From NCBI GenBank assembly GCA_951406725.2, contig OX597833.1, forward strand, positions 30,380,001 through 30,444,000: 64,000 nucleotides of DNA, read 5' to 3'. This document shows positions 51,481-63,681 of the stretch, piece by piece; the stretch's first letter is position 1; every line of letters begins with the position of its first letter. Source of the stretch: Octopus vulgaris (lineage: Eukaryota). Under the pieces are notes generated by a model. That model worked only from the letters and a program-made list of their open reading frames with translations, did not search any database and was not told the origin of the DNA. The position numbers and the translations under genes were made by a program.

Positions 51481-52533
51481 TCTTTAATAGCCTGATGTGT
51501 GTTGTATTGTCTGTTTATCTTAAAAATATTATGATAAGACTAACTCCGTAAGGTATGATCTAATTTAAATATCTCTAATTTTATTGGTTTGCTCTTTTTA
51601 CATATTTTTCTCCATGTTTTGATCAGATGATATCTGATCAAAACATTAAGATAAATAAATATCATTCAAAATATATTTTTGTTCCTTTTCACTTTTAATT
51701 TTATGCTATTGAAATGTAATTTCATACATTTTTCTTAAATATTTCTGTAGTTCATTACTGCATTAAATAAACTAGAACTTGGTGTTTAAAATGAAACTAA
51801 TACAATTTATCAGTTTAAAAAAAACTGCATCCATAATGAATATTATTGTATACATACAAAATGTGTATGTAACAAAACATTCTTTTATTTTACTGGTTTC
51901 AGTCATTAGACCGTAGACATGCTAGGACACCACCTTTAAGGTATTAAGCCAACCATGTCAACCCCAGTACTTATTTTCTCGAGTCTAATACTATGTTATC
52001 TATCTAAGTTGTAGAACATAAACGCAGACACAGATACAAACATAAATGCAGAGTAAATGTTGTTCATGTCTTGCAGCTCTCAAATTTCTGAATTTTATTG
52101 AATATGCCACTTAGGTTAAGCAAGTTTGGCCATCCCTGCTATAGTCTATGCCAATGAGCTGGTGTAGCGAATCAATTCAATTATTTTCCAAGCTTCTGAA
52201 GAAAAGCAGCTGAAGTTGGCTAGTATTTATCCATAGTAATTTTATGTGTAGTACTAACAATGAATGTGTTTGCTAATTGTCTGTATGCTCATTAAACACA
52301 TACTAGGTAGATGCTTGTGTGTATATTAAATGTATGTGAATTGATGTGTGTGTGTGTGTGTGTGTTTGTATGTTCTTGTGTGAGCAGAAAGGTGGTGAAA
52401 AAGACAATCCTAAAGAAAATAAACTCCTTTTTCTGTTTTTATTCTGGTATGTTTTGATGTCAGAGAAAGCACTTACTGACTTAATCTCATTCTTGTTACT
52501 GGAGCAGACAGAGGCATCAGTGGAAGAAAGTGC

Positions 52534-52816
52534 AGATATTTTCCTTTTGAACGGCACTTTGTAACATAATTTCTAGGTAACTAAAAAGTTTTAAACTTCG
52601 TATACTGGTAGAATGTGTTTATAAAACATCATTTTCTCTTGGCTTTATTGAGAAAATTCTATAGGTTGTAACATATTTCGTCTAAAATTTCTTGCATTTC
52701 GGCAATTTTAACCACTCAATTACCTCCATTGAGGTAAATAACATTCTGTGCATAATGAATATGTCCCTCCTTTAAGAAACAGATTGGGTTTATTTACATT
52801 TGTGAAGAAAAAAAAG
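52534..52816. mobile_element. One end of the same Merlin-like TIR family as 9859..10824
   Basis: gatattttccttttgaacggca...aaacttcgtatactggtagaatgtg matches the reverse complement of 10600..10824. Confidence 0.75.
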
Positions 52817-54730
52817 ATGCCAGGGAAGAGTACCACTGATGCTATATTCCTGGTAAGGAAGCTGCAGGGGAAATACCTAGCCAAAGATAAGCCCCTGTAC
52901 CACGCTTTCGTTGACATGGAGAAAGCCTTTGACAGAGTCCCCCGGTCCCTTATCTGGTGGTCAATGAGGAAACTAGGGATAGATGAATGGTTAGTGAGAG
53001 CTGGGCGAGCCATGTACAGGGACGCTGCTAGTAAGGTGAGGGTTGGCAACGAGTATAGTGAAGAATTCCGGGTAGAGGTAGGGGTCCACCAAGGTTCAGT
53101 CCTAAGCCCCCTCCTATTTATCATAGTCCTCCAGGCAATAACGGAGGAATTCAAGACGGGATGCCCCTGGGAGCTCCTCTATGCTGATGACCTTACTCTA
53201 ATTGCTGAGTCACTATCAGAACTGGAGGAGAAGTTTCAGGTGTGGAAACAAGGATTAGAATCGAAGGGCCTTAGAGTCAACCTAGCTAAAACCAAAGTCC
53301 TAATAAGTAGGAAGGTAGACAAATCACAAACGTCTTCAGGTAGATGGCCCTGCTCGATCTGTAGAAAAGGTGTAGGTAGAAACTCTATAAGGCGCACCAA
53401 GTGTAAGCTATGAACACATAAGAGGTGCAGCAATGTCAAAGGAAGGCTAACTAGGAAGATAGTTTTTGTATGTGGCAGATGCTCAGGAGCAATAAACACT
53501 GAAAATGCTCTGAGACCATCTTCCGCCACATTCCAGAGAGAAAAACTAGAAATAGTTGATAGCTTCCGTTACCTAGGTGACCAAGTCAGTAGCGGGGGCA
53601 GGTGTGCTGAAAGTGTAACTGCTAGAGTAAGAATAGCTTGGGCAAAGTTCAGAGAGCTCTTACCTCTGCTAGTGACAAAAGGCCTCTCGCTCAGAGTAAA
53701 TGGCGGACTGTATGACGCATGTGTATGAACAACCATACTACATGGCAGTGAAACATGGGCCGTGACTGCTGAGGATATGCGTAAGCTCACAAGAAATGAA
53801 GCCAGTATGCTCCGATGGATGTGTAATGTCAGTGTTCATACTCGACAGAGTGTAAGAGAAAAGTTAGACCAAAGAAGCATCAGTTGTGGTGTGCAAGAGA
53901 GATGTTTGCGCTGGTATGGTCATGTGGCGAGAATTGATGAAGATAATTGTGTGAAAAAGTGCCACACCCTAGTGGTTGAGGGAACCTGTGGAAGAGGTAG
54001 ACCCAGGAAAACCTGGGACGAGGTGGTGAAGCATGACCTTCGAACTTTAGGTCTCACTGAGGAAATGACTAGAGACCGAGACCTTTGGAAGTATGCTGTG
54101 CATGAGAAGACCCAGCAGGACAAGTGAGACCATAACCTGTGGCCTCTACCTGGGATGTAGCCAGTCCACTTATGCATACCTTTCCTTCTTGGGACACAAA
54201 ACTTTATTTGTGAAGACCTGTTGAGGCAAGTGAAAATCAAAATCAAAATCGAAATCAATCAACATCAATGGAAATTGCAGCTGTGATACAAGTGCCGGTG
54301 GTATGTAAGAAAACCATCCAAATGTTGCCGTTGCCAGCACTGGCCTCGTGCCGGTGACACGTAAAAAGCACCATCCGATCATGGTCGTTGCCAGCCTTGC
54401 CTGGCCCCCGTGCCAGTGGCATGTAAAAAGCACCATATGATCGTGGCTGTTTGCCAGCCTCGTCTGGCACCTGTACCGGTGGCACGTAAAAAGCACCATC
54501 TGATCATGGCCGTTTGCCAGCCTCATCTGGCACCTGTGTTGGTGGCACGTAAAAGCACCCACTACACTCACGGAGTGGTTGGCGTTAGGAAGGGCATCCA
54601 GCTGTAGAAACACTGCCAGATAAGACTGGAGCCTGGTGCAACCTTCTGGCTTCCCAGATCCCTGGTCGAACCGTCCAACCCATGCTAGCATGGAGAACGG
54701 ACGTTAAACGATGATGATGATGATGATGAT
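52817..54730 (+). mobile_element. 5'-truncated RTE LINE with RT, repeat-containing 3' UTR and (GAT)n tail
   Basis: PGKSTTDAIF...AFVDMEKAFDRV...GVHQGSVLSP...LLYADD; RLRWYGHV...RGRPRKTW. Confidence 0.92.
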
Positions 54731-55162
54731 GTACTTTTGTGATCTTTTCTAACCATTCACGTATGAATCCGATGGTTCCTATTTGAAAGTTTTGGTTTTC
54801 TTCCGGAGTTTTGTTTTGATGAAGAAGTTTTTCCGTCTTTCTCAAAGGCTGCCATTACTTTCGAGACAGTACTTCTTGATGCACCAAACATTTCGGCTGT
54901 TTTTGTTACGCTAGCACCTGCCATACAAGTGCCAACAACTTCACCTCTTTGAAAGTCTGATAAATCTGTCATTTTAATGCATTTTAATTACCTTTTTTCT
55001 GATCATATCTGAAAAAAAACAGCAATTTTAGCAAAACATATTAAGCAACACTAATAATAAATCAAAAAACATAAAAAGTAACAAGCTTTTGATAGTTTTA
55101 TAGATATTTCAAAATTATGATGCTATGATGCTAGGTGTTTCCATTATTTTGTCCAACCCCTG
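54731..55162 (-). mobile_element. Tc1 element 5' fragment
   Basis: TA|CAGGGGTTGGACAAAATAATGGAAACACC TIR; MTDLSDFQRGEVVG...GASRSTVSKV...SGRKPKLS paired-like HTH. Confidence 0.85.
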
Positions 55163-55646
55163 TACATATTAATACAAACCTCACTGAAATTAATTAGTAC
55201 ATGAAAAAGTTTGTGAAATAGCTGTGGTCCTATAGAAGTCACATTGTTAAATAAATGTATATTCACCTCTGAACCCCCTCAACTTTATGTATATATATTT
55301 ATATATAGCGCAGGGGCAGGAGAAAAAAGGCAAATGGACAGGAAAAGAGATAACTAAATATCTTATGACTAGATATAGAGTCTGTTTACTATGAGAAAAA
55401 ACCTTGCAAATTATGTTAATTCTAGCATACTACTGGTGCTTACTTTAAACTAGAATTTATTCTGGTACGTTTTGATGTCAGAAATGGTAAGTATTAAAAC
55501 ATATAAATAATAACCTATTTGTTCTATTGGATAGAGTAATATTGTGTTGGAGGCTCCTAAAAGAATTTATATGATAAAGATTTATGTAAATCTTAATTTG
55601 ATTTGTCTTTATACATTATCATTCTCCTATATTTTTGTCTTTCCAG

Positions 55647-55727
55647 AGATAAAGGAATGAAATATGTGCAGAAAGGCTGCAATTGGTTGCGCATCCTGAA
55701 CATTCTCTATTGTAAAAGTATTTCAAA
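55647..55727 (+). CDS. FBXL13: FBXL13-like exon K (DKGMKYVQKGCNWLRILNILYCKSIS)
   Basis: tttccAG acceptor, GTgtgt donor, 81 nt, phase 2->2. Confidence 0.88.
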
Positions 55728-58700
55728 GTGTGTATAACATTTTTATGTTTATTTCATTGAGTGGCATGACAGTTTGGATTGTCGAACACACAAACTTATA
55801 GAATGCATGTTTTTCCCTCAAAGAAATGTCCCAGAAGCAGCCTGTATCATAAACTCCAGATCAGGGCTTGGGTTACTGGCAAGTGATGGTTCAAGAAAGG
55901 AATTAACAAATTCGAGATATATTCTATAATCTCATTGTATGTGTGTGGGTGTGTGCATGTGTGTGCACACGTGTGTATGTGTATCACTAATAGTCCATAA
56001 GTAAAAATAGAGCACACTCTAAAAGAGAAATAGTGATGTAATATTATTATATTGTCAAATAACATACTACTGGTTATAGCATTACTGATTTCAACTGTGT
56101 ACATGTGTGTAGTTCTAAAATCCAAAAATGGGGATGACCCTGTTGCCAAAATGAAATATTTTGCTTTTTGAGTTCAAGAAAGGATTTGGATAAGATGAAT
56201 TTTATATTCTCTTCTCAGCCAAGCAAAGCTTGGAATGTCTATTTTCACTCAGATATGCCCAAGGTTGTTCCAGCACTCTCCAGTTGATTTTTGTAGTGTT
56301 TTTTCCTCCTTTCATCACTATATATAGCTACCATTTCATTGCATCTCTCTTGGGTTCTAAAAGAGGATCTGTGATTATTTCACCTGGCCCTAATGCGGCC
56401 CTCCATTGCCAACATACTTCTGTGTGTGTATGTGTTCCTCTGTTGTTGGACATCACCACTTCTGCTTCATATACCATGACCACTGCAATGCTTTGACCAT
56501 TCACTGGGCATTCATTGTTAGCCAACCTGCCTCTGCACAGGGCCTTGGAGCTTACTCTAATATTTTTTTATACTAGCTGAATGAGACCCTTAAATTATGT
56601 CTATTGAATAATTTCCTGTACCTATAGCCCTGTGTAAAATACTTATCCACTAATCAATAGAAGGCCCTTCCTATGCTGAATGAGAAAGGTGGAAGAAACA
56701 AGAGGATGCTACAGTGGTACTTTCTCTTGTGAGTGTCAGGATTAGGCACATAATACAGTCCTTAAACTTACTGGCTGCCAGCTAGAGCCTTGTTGTAATA
56801 TGGAACTGTTGTACCAGAAATACATTGATTTGAGAATAGGTTTGAAGTCCCCCTACTGAAACCCTTTACAAGGTTTTTAAACATAATAGACATATAACAG
56901 GAATCTGTGTTAATGTACGATAGCCTTTCCGTAGGTTTTACCATAGTATGAACCAGTGGCCTATTCAAGAGTGAGTCTCTATAGTACCTTTAAGTCCTAG
57001 GAAGTTAAAAGTGTGGATCAGGTCTTTTGTAAAGCTGCCCAGAGTGTGCCTGTTCATATCTTTAGAGATGGCTCAAGTGTTATCTCTTTATAGGCCAAAG
57101 TAGATTCATAGGAATTTCTCACCTTGGGTCTCTAGTATAGATAGGCCCATGAAGTCACAGATATCCATGCTGATAAATGCTCCTAGCAACATATTGAAGT
57201 AACATTCTGGGTCTGTTTTGTTTGACCAAAGTGGAACCATTATCTCACAGCATGTTTTTTCTGGTGTGTATTGTTACCTTTATATCCCTTAGTAAAATTA
57301 AGTTCCCCATCTAATGACCCTTTTGATATAGATGATATAGTCCACATTATTGAACTGGGTGAATTTTGCTCTGCCTCTACTCTGGCTTGCCTTAAACCAT
57401 GAAATTACTTCACTGGTATTACATCATAAGGAAAAATAGGATCCCTTTTTTATGTCATTATTTAACTTCCTCAATACATTGTAACTCACCAGCCCAGTCT
57501 CTAATTTTACTGGTTTAATCAGGCAGCACTTGGGATTACGGCAAAATTTTGGCTTGTTATCCTTAATAGTAATAAAGTCATTCCTCATACTTTGTCTGTT
57601 TGGCTTTGTTGTTAATGTTACCGTTTGTATGAAGCAAAGTCTGCCTATAGTTTGCATGACACTGTTCCCTAAGAGCCTGTCATATGTGCCAGTAATTACT
57701 CTATATAAGTTTTTAGTTTTATCTGAATTTTTAAATTGTGAAGTGCTGCAATTTGCATGAAGCCACTGGAATCATTCTCACTGCTTGACATTATAAATAT
57801 ATAGAAACAATGTAAGCAGTATTATTTGATATTCAATTAAATAGCTATTAAGATTATTCCAGATATTAGTCCCCATGTTTCAAGTACTTGCCCCAATCAT
57901 TGGTGGAGAAGAGAGAATTCATAAACACACATATTTATAATAGTTTGAGTTAGTGTTCTTATAAATTACCTCTACACTGGTTATTGTGATATTGCTAACA
58001 TTGTTAATATTGATTAACTTGTTCATATGAATATTGAAATGTACAGCAGACAGGATAAGAGGAATGCTTTACAACTACAAGGATCACAAGCATGGAAAGC
58101 AGATGTTAAATGATGATGATGAGGTGGAAGAGGCAGATATGTATGTATATGTTTGGATATATATATTGTGTGTGTTGTGTGTGTGTATGTATGTGTATGA
58201 TCATCAATATTTGATGCTTGGCTTTCCATGCTGGCATGGGTTGGACAGTTTGAAGGATCTGACAAGTTGAAGAACTACACCATGCGCCAGTATCTACTTT
58301 GGCATGGTTTCCTAATGCCAACAACCTTACTAAGATGTACTGGGTGCTTTTTATGTCGCCAGCACTAGTGAAGATTACCTTATAACTTGCAAGGCTAAGG
58401 GCCTAATGTGGACCCTATAACTGAGAGAGAATAGAAAAGTGGGCATGATTCTAGGCAGAGTGATGAGGAAAAGTCAGGAAGATGAGAGAGATAGACTTAT
58501 AATTGTGATAGGGTGAGAAGGGAAAGAATATCATGTGTTAGAGTATGCACTAATTAGGAGAGGGATTCTGGCAAGGAAAAAGGAGGGGATTATTATCAAG
58601 GGTTATTGAGAAGAGGAGGACAAACTGGAAAAGGGCAAGTAGAGACAGAATGTGTAAAGGAAAGGAAAGGAAAGGAAAGGGAAGGAATGAAGAAAGAAAG

Positions 58701-59337
58701 GAAGGGAGCAATATACCGGGGTGGAGAGGATAGTGAAGTGTGAGGTTATGGGTATTGTAGACAAAAGAGAGATGGGGTAAATATGAGAACAGGTATTAAG
58801 GAAACAGAGAAGCTGTAGAGAGAAAGTAGTGAGAAAAAAATGAAGCAGGAGGGCAAGGGAGGAGTGGGTGAGTGCACTCAGAACAATGAATAAAGAGAGA
58901 CTGGAGGGTATTATAAAAGTAGAGAGAAGGGGAAGAGCAGAGTGTGGATGCTGCAAAAGCATCTTAGATGGGGAGGTAGTGAAGAGAGTTTGGTGTGAGA
59001 GAGAAAGGAATAAGGGGAAACTATGGGTGGACCCAGTGAGTACAATAAGAGAAAGAAAGGCAAAAGGGCATCCAAGAGGTATAAGGGTGAGGTAGTGAGA
59101 TATGAGGAAGTATTGGATAACAGTAGAGTTAACTCAAGAGAATGTGTGCTGGTTGCTAGTACAATAGAACAAATAAGATGGGTTGGAGGCTATGAGGGAT
59201 GAAAAAATGAGAATTGTGGGCGAGTGAGCAAGAGGATATATATATGTATATTCTTTTATTCTTTTACTTGTTTCAGTCATTTGACTGCGGCTATGCTGGA
59301 GCACCGCTAAGTAACAGGGACGTAAACACACCAGCAT

Positions 59338-59371
<34 letters not shown>

Positions 59372-59433
59372 ATAGAAATGGTAAGACAACAAAAGAATGA
59401 AAGAGACCTCAATATTATGTAAATAGAGGGATT

Positions 59434-59639
59434 TATCTGTAAATGTAATATGTGACAATTATTCGGAAGCCATAATAAAACTCCAAGTTTCGGATGTTGG
59501 GGTGGAAATCCATGCTGCCATCTTTTCACCGATTGCCGGATAACTGAAGAGATGGCAGCGTGGATTTCCGTCCCGACATCTTAAACTCGGAGTTTTATTA
59601 TGGCTGCCAAATAATTGTCATATATTACATTTACAGATA
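59434..59639. repeat. About 95-bp-arm palindrome in (TA)n with inverted hammerhead-like cores
   Basis: Arms 59434..59528 and 59545..59639. + strand GGAUAA-CUGAAGA-GAUG...CAUC-U-UAAAC-UCGGA-GUU-UUAUU; the minus copy has an intact GAAAC. Confidence 0.75.
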
Positions 59640-59670
59640 TATATATATATACACACACATACATATATAC

Positions 59671-59830
59671 GACGGGCTTCTTTCAGTTTCTATCTACCAA
59701 ATCCACTCACAAGGCTTTGGTCGGCCCAAAGCTATAGTAGAAGACACTTGCCCAAGGTGCCATGCAGTGTGACTGAACCCAGAACCATATGGTTGGTAAG
59801 CAAGTTACTTACTACACAGCCACTCCTGAA
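59671..59830 (-). mobile_element. tRNA-derived SINE (second family; also about 8210, 22620, 27160, 29900)
   Basis: Minus strand ggagtggctgtgtagtaagtaacttgcttaccaacc...ggttctgggttcagtc...ccttgggcaagtgtcttctactatagc. Confidence 0.75.
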
Positions 59831-59881
<51 letters not shown>

Positions 59882-60036
59882 CAAAAATGGGACAAGAATG
59901 CAAAACATCCAGACGGTTATCTAGTGCTCTTAGCTTAGTTTTTCCTTGGGGCTGGCCAGATTGGAGCAATCTCGAATATAACAAGCCAAAATTGCTAAGA
60001 TAATCTGGAACTCGACTGAGGATAGAAAACTCCAAA

Positions 60037-60405
60037 TCATCATCATCGTTTAGCGTCCGTTCTCCATGCTAGCATGGGTTGGACGGTTCAACTGGGGTCT
60101 GTGAAGCTGGAAGGCTTCATCAGGCCCAGTCAGATCTGGCAGTGTTTCTATGGCTGGATGCCCTTCCTAACGCCAACCACTCCGTGAGTGTAGTGGGTGC
60201 TTTTTACGTGCCAGCCGCACAGGTGCCAGACAGAGCTGGCAAACGGCCACGAACGGATGGTGCTTTTACGTGTCACCGGCACGGGGCCAGGCGAGGCTGG
60301 CAACGGACACGAACGGATGGTGCTTTTACGTGCCACCAACATGGGGGCCAGATAGAGCTGGCAAACGGCCACGAAACAGATGGTGCTTTTACGTGTCACC
60401 AGCAT
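60037..60405 (-). mobile_element. RTE 3' UTR fragment with tandem repeats
   Basis: (cat)n-cgtttagcgtccgttctccatgctagc...; repeated tggtgcttttacgtg units. Confidence 0.8.
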
Positions 60406-61177
60406 GGAATAAATATTTGTTAAGCTATTTATTAGAAAAGGTAGCACTTTGCAAATTCAAGGTATAGTGTATGCTTCACAGAGTGTATAATAATAGTTAT
60501 TTAAAAAAGGAAAAGAGAAATTCAAATGGACGTTACAGTTGTGTCAGTAAAGGAACATTTTTATTCCATACCACATATATAGACATGTAATATATACAAT
60601 ATATATATAACATGCAATACAATAAAATTATTATTGTTCATTCACCATTATTAGACATCAATTTAAATACAATCAATTTATGAAATAAACTTGCTCTGCA
60701 AAATAAATTTTAAAACTTCATAGGCATGTTGACTCCATTCAAATAGACAAAATGTATATAATTCTACCTTAGAAAATTTCTAAGAATTTGAAATGTCAAA
60801 AAGGATAACTGACCAACAGAAAATAAATAAATAACAAAATTCAGTTAGAACTTTTACAAAGTGCAAAGTCTGATTTATGGCACTCCAGTTGTTAAATATT
60901 AAAGGATAAACCATCTTTTAGTTTCCATGATAAGAACACTATATTCATCTCCATATGAATACACAGTTATATGTTCATGTATTTAGATAAAAATACATCT
61001 TCATGTTTGTTTACAAACATTTACATATACTACGCTGTATTCAATGTCGCAGATACATTGGTGTATAAATATATACACAATTGCATATATAAAGCCATAA
61101 CTATATATGAACAAACACAAACATACACACTTACCGCATCCATATTTATGCTTATATCATGCTATTTAAATATATAT

Positions 61178-62008
61178 CATCATCATCATTGTTTAATGTT
61201 CGCTTTCCATGCTAGCATGGGTTGGACGATTTGACTGAGGACTGGCAAACCAGATGGCTGCACCAGGCTCCAATCTGATCAGGCAGAGCTTTTACAGCTG
61301 GATGCCCTTCCTAATGCCAACCATTCTGAGAGTGTAGTGGGTGCTTTTACATGCCACCAGCATGAGGGCCAGTCAGGTGGTACTGGCAACGGCCACGTGC
61401 TCAAATGGTGTTTTTTACATGCCACTTGCACAGGAGCCAGTCCAGCAGCACTGGCAAAATCATGCTTGAATGTTTTTTTACATGCCACCAGCACGAAAGC
61501 CAGTCAGCTGCTTTGGCAACGATCATGCTCAGATGGTGCTCTTAGCGCTCCACTGGCATGGGTGCCAGTCATCGACAGTCATCAACGGGTCTTTGCAAGC
61601 AGAGTTTAGTGTCCATTGAAAGGAAAGATATGCATTAGTGGGCTGGTTACACCACTGGCATAGGCCACAGGTTATGGTTTCACTTGGCTTGCTGGGTCTT
61701 CTCACACACTGCATATTTCCAAAGGTCTCGCTCACTAATCATTGCCTCAGTGAGGCCTAATGTTCGAAGGTCGTGCTTCACCACCTCATCCCAGGTCTTC
61801 CTGGGTCTACCTCTTCCACAGGTTCCCTCAACCGCTAGGGTGTGGCACTTTTTCACACAGCTCTCCTCATCCATTCTTGCCACATGACCATACCAGCGCA
61901 GTCGTCTTTCTTGCACACCACATCTGATGCTTCTTAGGTCCAACTTTCCTCTCAAGGTACTTACACTCTGTCGAGTATGCACACTGACATTACACATCCA
62001 GCCGAGCA
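61178..62008 (-). mobile_element. RTE LINE 3' portion
   Basis: ORF 61680..62009 nearly identical to 53762..54127; tail at 61178. Confidence 0.88.
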
Positions 62009-62539
62009 AGTGGTAATCGAAAGAGAGACAGACAGACAGAGTGAGGACGAGAGAGACAGAGAGACAGAGGAAGGCCGAGGGAGGGACAGAAACAGAGTGA
62101 GGCGGATAGAGAGAGAGAGAGGGGGTATCAGAGTTAAGGTGGTCAGAACATGAGGGAGAAAAATATTCTTTTGGGATTTGGGTAGCATAATTTAATGAAA
62201 CAGCAAATGTTGATAATAGTAAAATAGAATTGAAAAATTTGAGAGTTTTCGGTCAGCCAATATGACAAAATCAGGGAAATAAGTGACTGTGTGATAAACT
62301 TGAATGGATGAATGAATGAAAATATGTTGCGGTTAAGGATATGTGTGAACTAAGGTTATCTTAAGACAACAACGAAGAAGACGAAACTATTGAAACTATA
62401 TTTACATGTTGACATGGTAATGAAATAGATAGAATAATGAAAAGAACTAATAAGGGGTTTATGATCTGTACTGAAATAGAAGAGTAGATGAACAAGGTTG
62501 AAAAGACAAAACTTATCTAAGCATCTTCTGAGATTTGTA

Positions 62540-63620
62540 TACTTTGGCAGAGGAAGGACTGGAAGTGTGATGGTAGCAGGGAACTGTATCAGATGGCCAG
62601 AAAAGAGGCTAGAAGACAGGTATATTACAGAGGCATCAAATTGCTTGACCAAGTGATGAAAGTCACAGAAAGGGTCATAGCTCAATTAAGTAGGAAGAGA
62701 GTTAGCATAGATGAGATGCAGTTTGGAATTGTGCCAGGTAGGAGCATGACTGACACTATATTCCTGATTAAACAACAGCAGAAGTATTTAGCCAAAAATA
62801 AACCTCTGTATCTGGCTTTTGTCAGCATGGAGAAAGCCTTTGACAGGGTCCCCAGCTCCTTTATCTGGTTGTCAATACAGAAGCTAGGGATAGATGAGTG
62901 GTTAGTGAGAGCTGTATAAGTCATGTACAGGGATGCTGCCAGTAAAGTGAAGGTTGGCAATGAGTATAGCAATGAATTCAGTGTACAAATAGGAGTTCAC
63001 CAAGGCTCAGTTCTCACCCACCCCCCCATTTATCTTAATCTTCCAGGCCTTAACAGAGATATTCAAGTCCAGCTGTCCTTGGGAGCTCCTCTACACTGAT
63101 GATCTTGTCTTAGAGCTGAATCACTAACTGACATAGAGAAGAAATTTCAGGTGTGGAAGTAAAGCCTAGAATCTAAGGGCCTCAGAGTTAATTTAGCAAA
63201 AACCAAAGTGCTAGTAAGTAGGAAAACAGACAAATCACAAATGCATTCTGGGAGTTGGTCCTGTGTGATATGTACGAAAGATGTTGGTAGAAACTCAGTG
63301 CAAGTTTTGGACACATAAGAGGTGTGGTGGTATAACTGGAAAGTTTACGGAGAATATAGTCTTTGTGTGTGGCAGATATGCAAATACAATAAATCACTAA
63401 AAAGGCAGACAATAGACTCTTTCAAATGCTCAGGGTATCATTAGAAATAGTAGATAGCTTCTGTTACCTAAGAGAACAAGTTAGCAGTGGTGGAGGTAGT
63501 TCTGAAAGTGTAGTTACTAGAATAAGAATGGGCTGGGCAAAGTTCAGAGAGCTTCTACTTTGTTTATAACGAAGGGTGAAATGCAGATGTGTATGGATGA
63601 GGACAGCTGCATAAAGAAGT
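62540..63620 (+). mobile_element. Degenerate RTE LINE RT fragment
   Basis: YRGIKLLDQVMKV...AFVSMEKAFDRV. Confidence 0.82.
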
Positions 63621-63626
63621 ATATAA

Positions 63627-63681
<55 letters not shown>

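Larger units (their letters stand above)
3321..55727 (+). other. FBXL13: Multi-exon LRR gene (partial), F-box/LRR-repeat protein 13 / dynein regulatory complex subunit 6-like
   Basis: 11 GT-AG exons with matching phases (1238 nt, about 412 aa) give continuous AMN1-type LRRs. The translation is collinear with vertebrate FBXL13 as I recall it (LSLAYCRRFTDKG, PTLTD, EGNNRISD, RELNLSNCV, CHYL, GCxxLRIL). F-box and terminal exons not found. Confidence 0.88.

Noticed and set aside
54285-54560. CRISPR-like repeat/spacer pattern (also at 50.5, 60.2 and 61.3 kb)
   Set aside because: The spacers are related to each other, the arrays sit in RTE LINE 3' UTRs, the context is eukaryotic and there are no cas genes.
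58380-59240. Purine-rich stretch with ORFs
   Set aside because: Low-complexity GA-rich sequence with no recognisable domain.
59875-60035. TA-flanked fragment as a further ribozyme element (also about 31520..31830)
   Set aside because: No complete hammerhead core or inverted partner visible; cannot be supported.
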